From: Pseudogymnoascus verrucosus
Taxonomy: Eukaryota
Strand: one strand, 5' to 3'
Assembly: GCA_001662655.1 (NCBI GenBank)
Contig: KV460212.1
Length of the DNA: 64,000 nt
The notes beneath the pieces were generated by a model. The model was not told where the DNA came from. It made no database searches and was given only the letters and a program-made list of their open reading frames with translations. The translations under genes were made by a program, and so were the position numbers. Shown here piece after piece: positions 50,778-62,077 of this stretch. Within the stretch, counting starts at the first letter, position 1, and the number at the start of each line of letters is the position of its first letter.

Positions 50778-52029
50778 ATGTCGTCCACCGACGTCAGTGC
50801 CGCCATTGCGGCGACCGAGAAGCTCCTCGAATCTCTCAAGGCCTATGATGGGTCTTCCAGCGCGCATATCACGCTTCTGAACCAGACGGACCAGGTGCGC
50901 GCTGAGCTTGAGCAGCCATACGATGTCGTTACCCGGATGTTTGAGAACCTCACGGTGTGTGGATCTCTGAACATGCTCCTCCGTATTGGTGCGATGCACA
51001 AGCTCCCGAGCGACGGAACTTCGATCAATGCGGCGGATCTCGCGGCGGCGGTCAATGTCGATGTCACGGCTATCCACCGCGCGATGCGTGTCATTCTCGT
51101 GCAGGGCATTGCCACCGAGACGGCATCGAATGAGTATACGCATAACCAACTGTCGCTGGCACTGCTTCCAGAGGGAGCGGGCGCATTCTTCCTTCTGTGC
51201 ATGGATCTGAGCAAGGCGATGGGAATGCTACCGGAATACTTCAAGACGCACGCGCCGGAGGACTTGTACGATCTCAAGAAATCGCCGTGTGCGTTTTCGG
51301 TGGGCAAGGAGGGGCGCTCGTACTACGAGGTTCTGAATGACGATGTGGAGCAGCGCAATATGTGGAATGCAGCGATGCAGATGTCTGAGAAGAATATGCC
51401 CGTGCGCGGCATGTTCCCATTCGAGTCGTTGAAGGAGCAGGTTGAGAAGGAGCCCGAGAGGGCGTTCGTCGTTGATATTGGTGGTGGGAGAGGTCAAGCC
51501 TTGTTGGCTATCCAGGAGGACTGCCCTGGTGGGTTTGGGGGGAAGATGATCCTCCAGGATCTACCCATTGTCATTGACTCGCTGAAGCCGGAAGAGATCC
51601 CTAATATCGAAGCAACTGTCCACGATTTATTCACCCCACAGCCAGTCAAAAGTAAGTCCTATCTTTATCCCTGAGTGTCACGTCTGTACTAACTTAAATT
51701 CAGATGCACACGTTTACTTCTACCGCCGTCTGCTCCACGACTTTTACAACCCTGTCTGCGTCGAGATCCTCAAGCAGACCGTTTCTGCCATGGGCCCCGA
51801 CTCGCGCCTCATCGTATGCGATATGTTGGTGCCCAGCCGCGTGACAGTCGGAGTCCCGATGCAGCTTTACTGGCTTGACATGAGTCTCATGCTCATCAGC
51901 GGAAAGGAGAAGACAATCGAGGAGTTCCATGAGATCTTCGACGCCGTCGGTCTCGAGCTCGTGAAGGTCTATCCGTCGAACGTGGGGGAGACAGTTATGC
52001 TGGAGACGCGCCTGAAGAGGACGGAGTAG
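50778..52029 (+). CDS. Fungal O-methyltransferase (Methyltransf_2 family), ~399 aa
   Basis: Exons 50778-51651 and 51704-52029; intron GTAAGT...TACTAAC...CAG. Motifs VVDIGGGRGQ, ILQDLP, HDLFTPQPVKNA, RRLLHDF, SRLIVCD and GKEKT. Confidence 0.95.
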
Positions 52030-53163
52030 AGTGGTGGTAAATGAAGGATACTTATCAGCACGACTTCTCATTATTTTTAACTTCATCGCTGGCTGGCAGG
52101 CACAGTACAGTAGCGATATGGGAGGCCGCCTCGTCGAATTCGTCTGCGTTGATTTTTCTGAAATTTAACTTGATTTAAAATTAGAACTGTCATACACGCA
52201 CGCCCATCACGTTATGGACACAATATAAATATCTATTATAAGGACATATGATGTAGCCATATTTTGAGGTGTTCTCATGTGTTGTATATTCCGAATCGCG
52301 CCACCTGGACCCTGTGGGGCATTTGGCGGGGTCCCGAATGACGTCGGCTGCAGGTGAAACATCAATCCACTGTGCATGCTGCAACCACATCACAAATCCC
52401 AACGCAAGGGATGAGATGGAGGCGTGTAACACCGCATAATGTACCCTATGAAGCGTTGAGATGTGCCATAATGCGGACTGGTATATACCAACCAACACGT
52501 ATTGTCAGTACAATTCGCTATTGGACGGTACACTCAAAGCCGTTGGGTGTACCTGACCTGTGAAGCGATAGGGACATCCACTGACACACCTCACTTCACA
52601 ATAATCTCCGAGACTGGCGACGAGTCGACAGGGGATCACGTGAAATAAAAAACGATGCAAGCCTTTGGATGTTGGGGGGCGTGATGGAGGCTTTATCACG
52701 ATGGAGCGTCACCGGCGCTGTTGAACCCTATCGTCGTGGCATCTCCCCACGAAAGCGATCGACAGGCGGCCAGTATGCCACGGATGATGTGGCTGGACCT
52801 TCCCGCATGGAGGTACCAAGTCATGGTTGTTTGCTATGCCGGTTGGACCCTCGCTCTTGCCATGGCAAAGCTTGTTTGTACCAACTGTGGCCGCGGCAGG
52901 TACTATCGGTGAATCAAGGGGGAAATCTTCGCTCGATGGGCAGGAGCGGCACTGCCTCTTTAATCCACAACATCGCCGGCATGGTGATATAAGTAAGTTA
53001 ATTAGCTCTCAAACGTCTCTGTCTCTCTATCTCTCTCTCAAATCACATCACTTATCTTATATTTCCTATCCTGTATCTACTATCACTCGAGAAAAGAACT
53101 GTATTCATTACCACTCCTACATACCATTCCATATTTGAACTACCATCATTTCTATTCTCCAAC

Positions 53164-54613
53164 ATGTCTACCCAAGGCTTCTTCAAGATCAAAGTCGTCC
53201 CCAACAGCAACTATCAGCACTCTGGCCTCAAGTCCTACGTTTATCTCCTTCAGAAATGGGGCTTTCAGCCCACGCTCCCTGGCCCGTATGTCCACATCGA
53301 CAAGGTTGTTCGACAAGGATTCGGTTTTGGCTTCTTGAAGAAGGTTATTGGGAAGACACGCACTGATAGTGCCCTGGCCAAAAAGGAGGGACCAGAGGAA
53401 GCTGCGGCGAAGGCAGAGACCCGCGAAGTCCCTACGCAGGATATACAGTATGATTCAATATATCTCTCTGAGGTTTATATTGGCACGCCTCCCCAAAGGC
53501 TGTTGCTCGATTTCGACACTGGTTCTGCTGATACTTGGGTAAGCTGTTCGGCCAGCAATATAAATTTTATGCTTATTCTGGCTAGGTCTGGTCCACCGAA
53601 CTTCCCTCCAATATCCAGAAAGCCGCTGGCCACTCCATCTTTAACCCCAAGAAATCTTCCACATTCAAGCCCATGAAGAACTCGACTTGGCAAATCTCAT
53701 ATGGCGATAGCTCCTCTGCATCTGGAATTGTCGGCATCGATAACGTGACGATGGGGGGTCTGACTGTAAATAACCAAGCTGTTCAACTCGCGAATAAAAT
53801 GTCGAGTGAGTTTGTCAAGGTGACCGGCGACGGCCTTCTCGGTCTTGCGTGGGGCCACATCAACACCGTCACTCCAAAGCAAGTTGCTACGCCTGTCGCG
53901 AACATGATTGCGCAGGCCAACATCCCAAAGTCTGCCGAGCTCTTCACGGCATATCTCGGCAGCTGGCGCGATGCAGATGACGAAGATAAGGGTGAAAGCT
54001 TCTACACCTTCGGGTACATTGACGAAAAAAACGTCAAGAAGTCTGGGGAGGAGATCTACTGGACTCCCGTTGATAATTCGCAGGGCTTCTGGATGTTCGA
54101 CTCTCCCTCCGCGACTGTGAACGGTAGGGTTGTCCAGAGGAAGGGTAACACGGCCATTGCTGACACTGGTACTACGCTTGCCCTGGTCTCTGATGAAACT
54201 TGCAGAGCCATCTATGACGCTATCCCCGGCGCATCCTATGACTACTTTAACCAGGGCTATGTGTACCCCGCTAACACAACGGAGGATCAACTTCCTACCG
54301 TCACCCTCGCCGTTGGTGGCAAGCAGTTTACGATCCAAAAAGAGGATCTCGGCTTTGCTGATGCCGGGAATGGGATGATATATGGCGGAATTCAGTCTCG
54401 GGGGACGATGCCGTTTGATATTCTCGGGGATACGTTCCTAAAGGGGATGTATGCTGTAAGTTTGCCCACATTAACTGTCTTGTTGCTGTTCAGGGGTATC
54501 TGGGTGTGGAATGACTGCTAACGGAAAAGCAGATCTTTGACCAGGGGAACAAGCGCTTTGGGGCCGTGAAGAGGATTGATACTACAACGAACTTGGCAGC
54601 CCCAATATTCTAA
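53164..54613 (+). CDS. A1 aspartic protease (aspergillopepsin-like) lacking a signal peptide, ~441 aa
   Basis: Exons 53164-53538, 53586-54455 and 54533-54613. Catalytic motifs DFDTGSAD and IADTGTTL, flap ISYGDSS, DGLLGL and ILGDTFLK. Confidence 0.95.
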
Positions 54614-55431
54614 ATGAGTTGAGTTGGGTATGATGATGCGATGACTTTTGACGGGAAATTGAAATGGCTACCAGGTGGATCCTCGTCAGGTTAGGCTTTT
54701 GTATCAATGAGAATGTAACATGATTGGATTTATATACTGCTCACATTGGTGAACGTGAGACCTATGGATTCTCTATATCCAGCTGCGCTATAAAAACTAG
54801 CTTTAGGAAACTCCACATCAGACAAAGCCATTAATAAACACATCGTATACACTGGAGTTTCGCCGCGTTTCCCTCAGATGGGTCGCGCAACCATGAGAGA
54901 CGAAAGAGTGAAGAAGGTTTGGCTGTAGAGTATGTATGAAGCGGGTAAGAAAGGCACAATGGTGAGAGAAGGAGAGTGGTGAGAAGAGGAAGGTGACAAG
55001 AACAAGACCGAGGTGAGAATAGAACGGCGGTGGGAAACATAGACCAGAACGGGGTCAAGGTGACAAGCGTAGTATTGATTTGAATCAAAACAGGGCTTAT
55101 ATAATTCCGAGGCATTGGGAGGGGTTTCCGATCCTGCCTTGATATCATCAGTTCCACCTCTAGCCGACATGAAGTCGGCCAGCGAAGTCTCAGTTTGGTG
55201 CCGTGGGTAAATGCGATATAGGCAGATGCAGTTAGTGACATAGAAAAAGTAGTTGGCAGTGGCTGAGAGAAACGACGTGCAACATTGGCTACACGCCCCA
55301 CATGACTTCAGGCAGACACAACTCCCAACGACAAACCTCACCATCAAATCCTCACCGAAGCCAGCCCAAAAATCCAAAATCTCCATCCACGATTAAATTC
55401 CCATCATACATCACCACATCTACTGCCAAAA

Positions 55432-55950
55432 ATGACGCCGTCACCTACCCCACACCCAACCGCCTCCGCCTGGAAAATCATCCCCCACTTCCCGTCCCGT
55501 TCCATCCCCGCCACGATCGCCTTCTACACCTCCATCCTTGGCTTTAGTCTAGGAGGCACATACGTCCACGATGACCACCCCCTCGCAGGGGCGGGGGAGC
55601 CGACGTTTGCGTCGCTGTTTGCGGGGGACAAGGCCGCGGCAAATATTTATTTCTTCTTGACGGTGGATGGGCAGGATCGGGGGATGAAGATGGCAGAGGG
55701 GAGGGTGATGATTGCGTTGAAGGAGGGGGAGGTGGATGTGTTATATGAGAAGTTGAAGAGGCTCGAGGAGGGGAGGGCGAGGGGGTCTGGGGAGAAGGAA
55801 GTGGGGGACTGGGGGATCGTGGATGAGATTGGGGATAGGCCTTGGGGGTATAGGGATTTTTCGGTTAAGGATGGGGATGGAAATATGCTGAGCTTCTTCT
55901 GTTTTCTGGAGGATGGGGAGGAGGAGGAAAAGACGGTGGCGGATGCGTAA
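55432..55950 (+). CDS. VOC/glyoxalase/bleomycin-resistance-like protein, 172 aa
   Basis: IIPHF...TIAFYTSILGF, VDVLYEKL, DRPWGYRDFSVKDGDGNMLSF. Confidence 0.88.
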   Translation: MTPSPTPHPTASAWKIIPHFPSRSIPATIAFYTSILGFSLGGTYVHDDHPLAGAGEPTFASLFAGDKAAANIYFFLTVDGQDRGMKMAEGRVMIALKEGEVDVLYEKLKRLEEGRARGSGEKEVGDWGIVDEIGDRPWGYRDFSVKDGDGNMLSFFCFLEDGEEEEKTVADA

Positions 55951-56142
55951 GCTCGTATTCATAGTTTGATTCTTCGAAATGAACTACGCTTACAGCTGAA
56001 GTACTTGTGCGGCTTTGCGGCTCAAGAGTCTTTCATATCACAATAGGAACAACGTTGAGCAACCAATGAAAGTCCTGGATTTTATTTGTAGACTGTATAA
56101 TCACTAGCATCCTGCTCGTTGGTACGTATGAGCCCTACGAAC

Positions 56143-56203
56143 ACCTTCACTTGAGAAATGTGACCAGTAGCATGACTACTGGTCACATTTCTCAAGTGAA
56201 GGT
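56143..56203. repeat. Perfect inverted repeat, 28-bp arms, 5-nt spacer
   Basis: ACCTTCACTTGAGAAATGTGACCAGTAG-catga-CTACTGGTCACATTTCTCAAGTGAAGGT; the arms are exact reverse complements. Confidence 0.98.
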
Positions 56204-56520
56204 CCTAATCTCCGCTTTCTATAAATAAAATGGGCCGGTCGGGAATGTGGATAAGAAGAGGAAGGGAAGAGTGGGATAAGCGGATAGCTAAAAATTGTAA
56301 GCGTGTTCTTAGTGGATAGCTAATTATGATATTCCGGGAAACTACAACTGGAGTGGTCGAAGGAATACGGAGGATTCGCAGGATTCACGGGATTTGCGTC
56401 ACCCTTGCCGCCATCTAGATATCATAAAAGCTTGGCCACAGCCTCTTACACATATTTCCATGCCATCAATCGAACTTCTGCCAGCTTTCAAGAAAGTAAT
56501 TGGCCTCTGCAACTGTCAAG

Positions 56521-57390
56521 ATGGTTCTCCTAAGTCTCTCCCTACTGTCCGCTGGGTTGGCCTTCGCCAATGCCGCCTCTCTCACCCAGGTAACTGATTT
56601 TGGGTACAATCCCACGAACGCGGAAATGTACATCTACGTACCAGATAAACTCCCTGCAAATCCTGCCGTCATTCTCGGTGTGCACTATTGTGGCGGCACA
56701 GGGCCCGAATTCTATAACGACACAAGATGGGCAAGCATCGCCGATACGAAGGCGTTCATCGTTGTCTATCCCAACACCCCTAACCTTAAAGACCACTGTT
56801 GGGATGTAGCATCCAAGCAAACTCTCACCCACGATGGTGGTGGTGACTCTCAGTCCATCGCAAACATGGTGAAGTACACCATTGCCAAGTACAACGCCGA
56901 CAAGTCCAAGGTCTTTATGACCGGCAGATCATCAGGGTCAATGATGACCAACGTGATGGCAGCCACATATCCCGATCTCTTCGTCGCTGGTTCTGCATAC
57001 GCCGGTGTCTCCGCAGGATGCGCCGCAGGTCCAGAGGTGGACTACTGGAACGCCGACTGTGCTCAAGGAAAGATCATTAAGACCGGAGCTGAGTGGGCTG
57101 CCATTGCCAGGGACATGTATCCCGGCTACACCGGAGCGTATCCAAGAATGCAATTTTGGCATGGGACTGTCGACGGTATCCTCAACTACCAGAACTTACA
57201 TGAAGAGGTAAAGCAGTGGACGTCAGTCTGGGGCGTTGCGGATGTGCAGCCGGTGACATCGACTGATTCGCCCGAGGCTGGATATACGAGGATGAACTAT
57301 GGTGATAAAGTAGAGAGCGTCAGTGCTGATAATATTAACCATGATATACCGGTCCATGAGGAGGAGTCGCTGAAGTGGTTCGGGATCTGA
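56521..57390 (+). CDS. axeA: Secreted CE1 acetylxylan esterase (PHB-depolymerase-type esterase), no CBM1, 289 aa
   Basis: Signal peptide MVLLSLSLLSAGLAFANA then ASLTQVTDFGYNPT. Motifs MYIYVPD, HYCGG, CWDV...LTHDGGGDS, nucleophile GRSSGSMMT and FWHGTVD. Confidence 0.93.
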   Translation: MVLLSLSLLSAGLAFANAASLTQVTDFGYNPTNAEMYIYVPDKLPANPAVILGVHYCGGTGPEFYNDTRWASIADTKAFIVVYPNTPNLKDHCWDVASKQTLTHDGGGDSQSIANMVKYTIAKYNADKSKVFMTGRSSGSMMTNVMAATYPDLFVAGSAYAGVSAGCAAGPEVDYWNADCAQGKIIKTGAEWAAIARDMYPGYTGAYPRMQFWHGTVDGILNYQNLHEEVKQWTSVWGVADVQPVTSTDSPEAGYTRMNYGDKVESVSADNINHDIPVHEEESLKWFGI

Positions 57391-57839
57391 GCTGGGGGTA
57401 TCTGTGTTTCTTAAAAGTCTGGAGAGGGCCTCGATAAATGGGAAATGATACCTGCAAATTAATGACAATCCAAAATATCTCCATAGATCAATTTACGAGC
57501 AATTAAGTTATCAAGTGTATCAAAATGCCGTTTGTGTGATCTACGCTTCCGTTATTTTATGTACAGTGACAATAAACACCCATCGCAGCGATCTGATCCA
57601 GGGGTCGTCATGGCTGATGATGCTAAGCGATAACGGGAACTAATCGCTAGTGTCAATCATCAACTAAAACTAAATCGAAGCCGAGGCAGACCGAAGATAT
57701 CCCCACCCTTCAAAATGTCAGTCTTTTGACGGCAGGAGCACGTGTCAGGCAGTATTGGATCCCAAGGGCAAGGTTGGAGAACAGCTTCTTTCAAACTTTT
57801 CAAACATATTATACCTTATTATACCTCCTTGCAACCATC

Positions 57840-58694
57840 ATGTCGTTTACTATCTCGCACTCAATCCCGGTTCTTCCTCCGTCTGCGGCCGTGTATCTCC
57901 TCTTGGTTGCGCTCCCTGTGCTGGTGATCTCCGAAACCACATCCTCCCTCGCTGGCCATGCAGTTTTCAAGATCGTATGTTCCACAGCATTTGCTAGTGG
58001 ACCACTCTTATTAAAAGAATGGTCGCCTTACGACACTCTCATAATATATGGACTCGTTCTATCTTTCATCGGCGACATATGCTTAATTCCCTCTGGGAAT
58101 GAATACTACGACTCCAGCCCCAAATCGGTGGAGGCTTCCAAGGCCGCCAGGAAAGGCAACCAATCGCGTGATGCACCAAAAGAAGTAGAAATATCTACTT
58201 CATTCAAGCTGGGCATCCTTGCATTCGCAGGCGCGCATATAGCGTATATCCTTGCCTTCCTTCGTAACGCCGACGAAGTTTCTCAGTCGACGCTAGTAAT
58301 CACATTCGTGGCATCAATGGCGGCCGGGAAATGGCTCGGCGCCATCTATCCAGGGCCGACATCCACGAAATCGGGCAACGTTCTCAACCTGTCCATTGCT
58401 GGCGAAATGCGGCCCCTGGTTTCCGTGTATGCAACTATCATCAGCTCGATGCTGGCAGTGGCGGCCGCTACTACCGCCCCAGCCTCCTCCAACTGGCCGC
58501 GCCAAAGGCTTCTAGGAGCCATCATGTTTGTGCTCAGCGATCTCTTCGTTGCGGCAGACGCATTTGGGGATTCGGGCGTAGCAAGGGGCATCAAGAAGGC
58601 GACTATCAGACGGAATTCCGTCATAAAGATTGCTGTGGGATGGGGTCTTTATTTTTGGGCACAGATGATTTTGGCTGGGACGCTTTACGTATAA
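57840..58694 (+). CDS. YhhN/TMEM86 (lysoplasmalogenase-like) membrane protein, 284 aa
   Basis: FKIVCS, GLVLSFIGDICL, FKLGILAFAGAHIAYI, YATIISSM, GAIMFVLSDLFVA and LYFWAQMILA. Confidence 0.9.
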   Translation: MSFTISHSIPVLPPSAAVYLLLVALPVLVISETTSSLAGHAVFKIVCSTAFASGPLLLKEWSPYDTLIIYGLVLSFIGDICLIPSGNEYYDSSPKSVEASKAARKGNQSRDAPKEVEISTSFKLGILAFAGAHIAYILAFLRNADEVSQSTLVITFVASMAAGKWLGAIYPGPTSTKSGNVLNLSIAGEMRPLVSVYATIISSMLAVAAATTAPASSNWPRQRLLGAIMFVLSDLFVAADAFGDSGVARGIKKATIRRNSVIKIAVGWGLYFWAQMILAGTLYV

Positions 58695-58785
58695 GTCAAG
58701 AGGCTTCCACAGCACTTCTGAGAGCTTTGTTATCTTTCTTCATTTGATCGCAATATGCTATGAAGCCAGAACACTAGGGTTGACG

Positions 58786-61300
58786 TTATACCATCGAGTC
58801 AGTGGTGGCCCCTGTTACCTTCTCATAGTTATTTTCCGCAGCAGCTCTCATTTGGGCTCGCGGTGCCCTCCTTCCAGTCATAAGCTCAAACTGTGCAAAT
58901 CCTTGCGCTGGTATGAACTCCAAACCATCGACCATGACCCAAGCCCGCCCTGTCTTCTGGCGAAAGCGTCGTATCTGCCGAACGAGAGGCGTATTCAGTG
59001 GTTTATATGCCAACTATCAAATGTACCTGTTAGCATCTAGTTTATTGAATACAAACGAGCTTTGAAGGGGTCTTAAAAGATAAAATATAGGGGGAACGTA
59101 CCTCAAGTGCCACTCCTCCTGACGGGCTCCCTAGCCACTGTTCTGGAACCTCAAAATCTGCTGGGCTATGGATCTCTACCTCGTGGGCAGGCACACAGGA
59201 AACCAAGAAAGTAGGCTGCTGGTATTCGGCTGGCCAAGGCTCGTTTCTTGTTCGTAAAACAGAAACCACTCTTCCATTCGCTGATAAGGCTCCAGCCCAA
59301 GAGTTGAAATGATCGGCGACAATTTCTGCATTTTTGAGCGTTCGGTTGTAAATAAATATGTTCCGACATCCCAGCAGAATCATAGCATATATTGAAGCTC
59401 GTGCCATTCCTCCTGCACCTATAACAAGACCAGTTGTCTTTGACGGTTGCACGACATTTCTCGGAGTGGCGTTCCGCCGAAGACATGCTAATATCCCTAG
59501 AAAATCTGTGTTGTCGGCGAACCAAGCACAAACAGGTCCAGCATGACCCCGTCTGTTGGCTTGATTGAGTAAAAAATCTGCAGACCCATCTGGGAGAGCC
59601 CGCAAAGGTGTGATTGTGTTTGAGGCACCTATTGCTTTTGCGTGGCGGCTGTGTGCCACACATCGTGACATAATTTCGACTTTGAAAGGCTGGCTAATCC
59701 CAGCACCTCCAAAATGGGGGTCCTGTGATAATGCAGCTAGCTCGTCGAGTGATGAACCGGTGTACCTATAGTACTGTCCTTTCATCCCAAGGTGTGCATA
59801 AGCGGTCTCGTGCATCATTGGCGATAGAGAGTAGTTCACATGGCGGCCGAAAGTGACAAATTTCAAGCCATCGAGTACACCCGTTTCATATAAATTCTCC
59901 ATTGCTTCCTGTGCGGTGATCAAAAAGTTCTCGGGCCGGCTGTCTTTTTGTCTGATAGCAGGGTGAGTAACAGGGCTAAATATTGTGTTTGCAATCACAG
60001 AAGCTTTCCCCAAAGGCCCAAGATTGTATGCGATAAGTTTCGGTTGGCGAGTCGAAATTGCGGCAACTCTACTCGCAAAAGCTTGCACGTCCGTATTATC
60101 CTCGATCGTAAGCGCCGTTCGTAATAATCGGACTATATGGCAATCAAATTGCTTCGCCCTTTCAAATTTTGAGATCCACATTTGATCCTGCCAACTGACA
60201 GCCTTCTTGTCGATGAATTGACCAATAATCTTCGTTTCTCCTCGAACATGCACGATCTCCCTAATAGTGTTATCCTCCAACCACAGCGGAATGACAAGAT
60301 ATTCAACTCCGAGGCGTATGGCATGATAAAGTAGCGATATAATGGCGCTGACATCGTTCGACAAAATTTCATCGATGTGGAAGATAATGGGAATCCCAAG
60401 AGTTCTCCTAATCCGAGCAACTTCTTTGCTAACTATGGTCAAAATATTAGGGGTTAACATGTCGACTTTAAGCTCTATAGCATCTCCGCCAGAGTCCAGC
60501 TGGGGTAAGTCGATCGCTCCGTTGGTAAGGTCAGATAAACTGAGCGGAATCGCATAGGTGTAAGGTCTGTTTTCAGGCGGCAATGCGTCAACAGAGAACG
60601 GACTCTCGTATGCAGATTGCTTTGCACCAAGGCCAGTAATTTTATCAAGAAATCGCGAGAAATCTTGCTTGGCATCCTTTAATGCAAATGAATAATTGGG
60701 AATCTGTCGATCCTGGGATATCTCCTCTACATGACACTCACAGTTTGAGTCCTGTAAGTTGTAGTACTCAAAGTTAGAACAAGACTGATGTGATTTGTCA
60801 GCCTGCTCCAAACGCGCAGCCTCCGAATCCTTCAAGTTGAGGAGAAGGCGTATTCGCGCTGGGTTGCGGAGTATGTGGATAACAGGATGCGTCTCTGCAT
60901 AATGTCTCAGCGTGTTTTGGGACTCTCTTGCAAGACTAGACATTCCGCATTCTATGATGCTGCCCGTTTCGTTGTCCTCGAGCATCCTTTGCAGAACTTC
61001 CACATTTTGCCGCCCAAACTCTCTGCTGCCATACTTTGAGAGGTAGTCTTTTCTTGATAGGCCAGTAACTTGTTGAAAGTACTGGTCTTCAGTTACCAGT
61101 CTTCGTCCAAGATGGGTGGCTCCGATAAATGCGAGTGAGCGTTTGCCAGAGCCTCGCGATCCAACGAGGACGATCGTAGCATTGTAGTCAAAATGGCGAG
61201 TAGTTTGGTGGAACTTAAGCGCTTCCTCTAGTGGCAGTGCGTTGTTTGATTTGCTTCCATGCCGCGGCCAACTCGGCTTCTGAGACAGGACAACAGACAT
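58786..61300 (-). CDS. AROM-derived transcriptional repressor (QutR/qa-1S-like: shikimate kinase, type I DHQase and shikimate dehydrogenase-like domains), ~808 aa
   Basis: Exons 61300-59102 and 59013-58786; intron GTACGT...GCTAAC...GATAG. Motifs IVLVGSRGSGKRSL, CSNFEYYNL, DAIELKVD, LIAYNLGPLG, SLSPMMH, QPFK, IGASNT, DNTD, LVIGAGGMARA, IYNRT, LAYKPLNTP and AQFELMTGRRAP. Confidence 0.92.
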
Positions 61301-62077
61301 ACCGACTGTCCGATACAATATTATTAGATCCAAGCAATAATGCTGCCTTCGGCTCTGTCGAGATCTCAGCACGTTCTGACGCTGTGGGGTGAAACATCAA
61401 ATCGTCGCATTGCGTCGTTGCCAGTGTCTGAGGGCGCCTTCCGCATAAATAGTGGTCTTCCAAACGTCGCCAAATGATCGGTGTCGTTTAGATTAATTGC
61501 ACTGACTGAATAACATCTTGCCTAATATTTGAACTTCAAGTTTTTCTACTTCCAAAGAAGCATGGTCGTCACAAATCTACGCTGATGCCACCAAGTGATG
61601 TTGGATAAACTGGATGATTAGTCATCTCGTTGGTGGTGGGTAATCCATTTGCCGGGTTCTCCGCATTGCCATCTTCACGGACCAGCGTCGAACGACGGTG
61701 TGCCTGGATAACGATATTCACATCGCCGAACCCTTGGAAATATCAGCTAACAGCCTAGATCCCAATTAAAAAAATTAAACAATATCCTCATACGAAATAA
61801 ACTTCCAAGCAAGCACCAACATGCGCTGATAATCTAAATCGATTCAATACGCCGCATCCGCGCACCACAAGAGCGTTGCCGAGATTATACCGTTGAAGGG
61901 ATACCAATACCGACGAACGAAGGCTGCAACGGTGGGAAATCATCAGGAAGGAAACACAATTACCGAATGCTCTGTCCAGGGGCTTCATTAGGAGCTTCTC
62001 GCTCTGCGACAATCCACGCGGGGGTTATCTAAAGTTGCGCTGAATTCAGATGCGATGTCAAAACTCCACGGTCAAGT

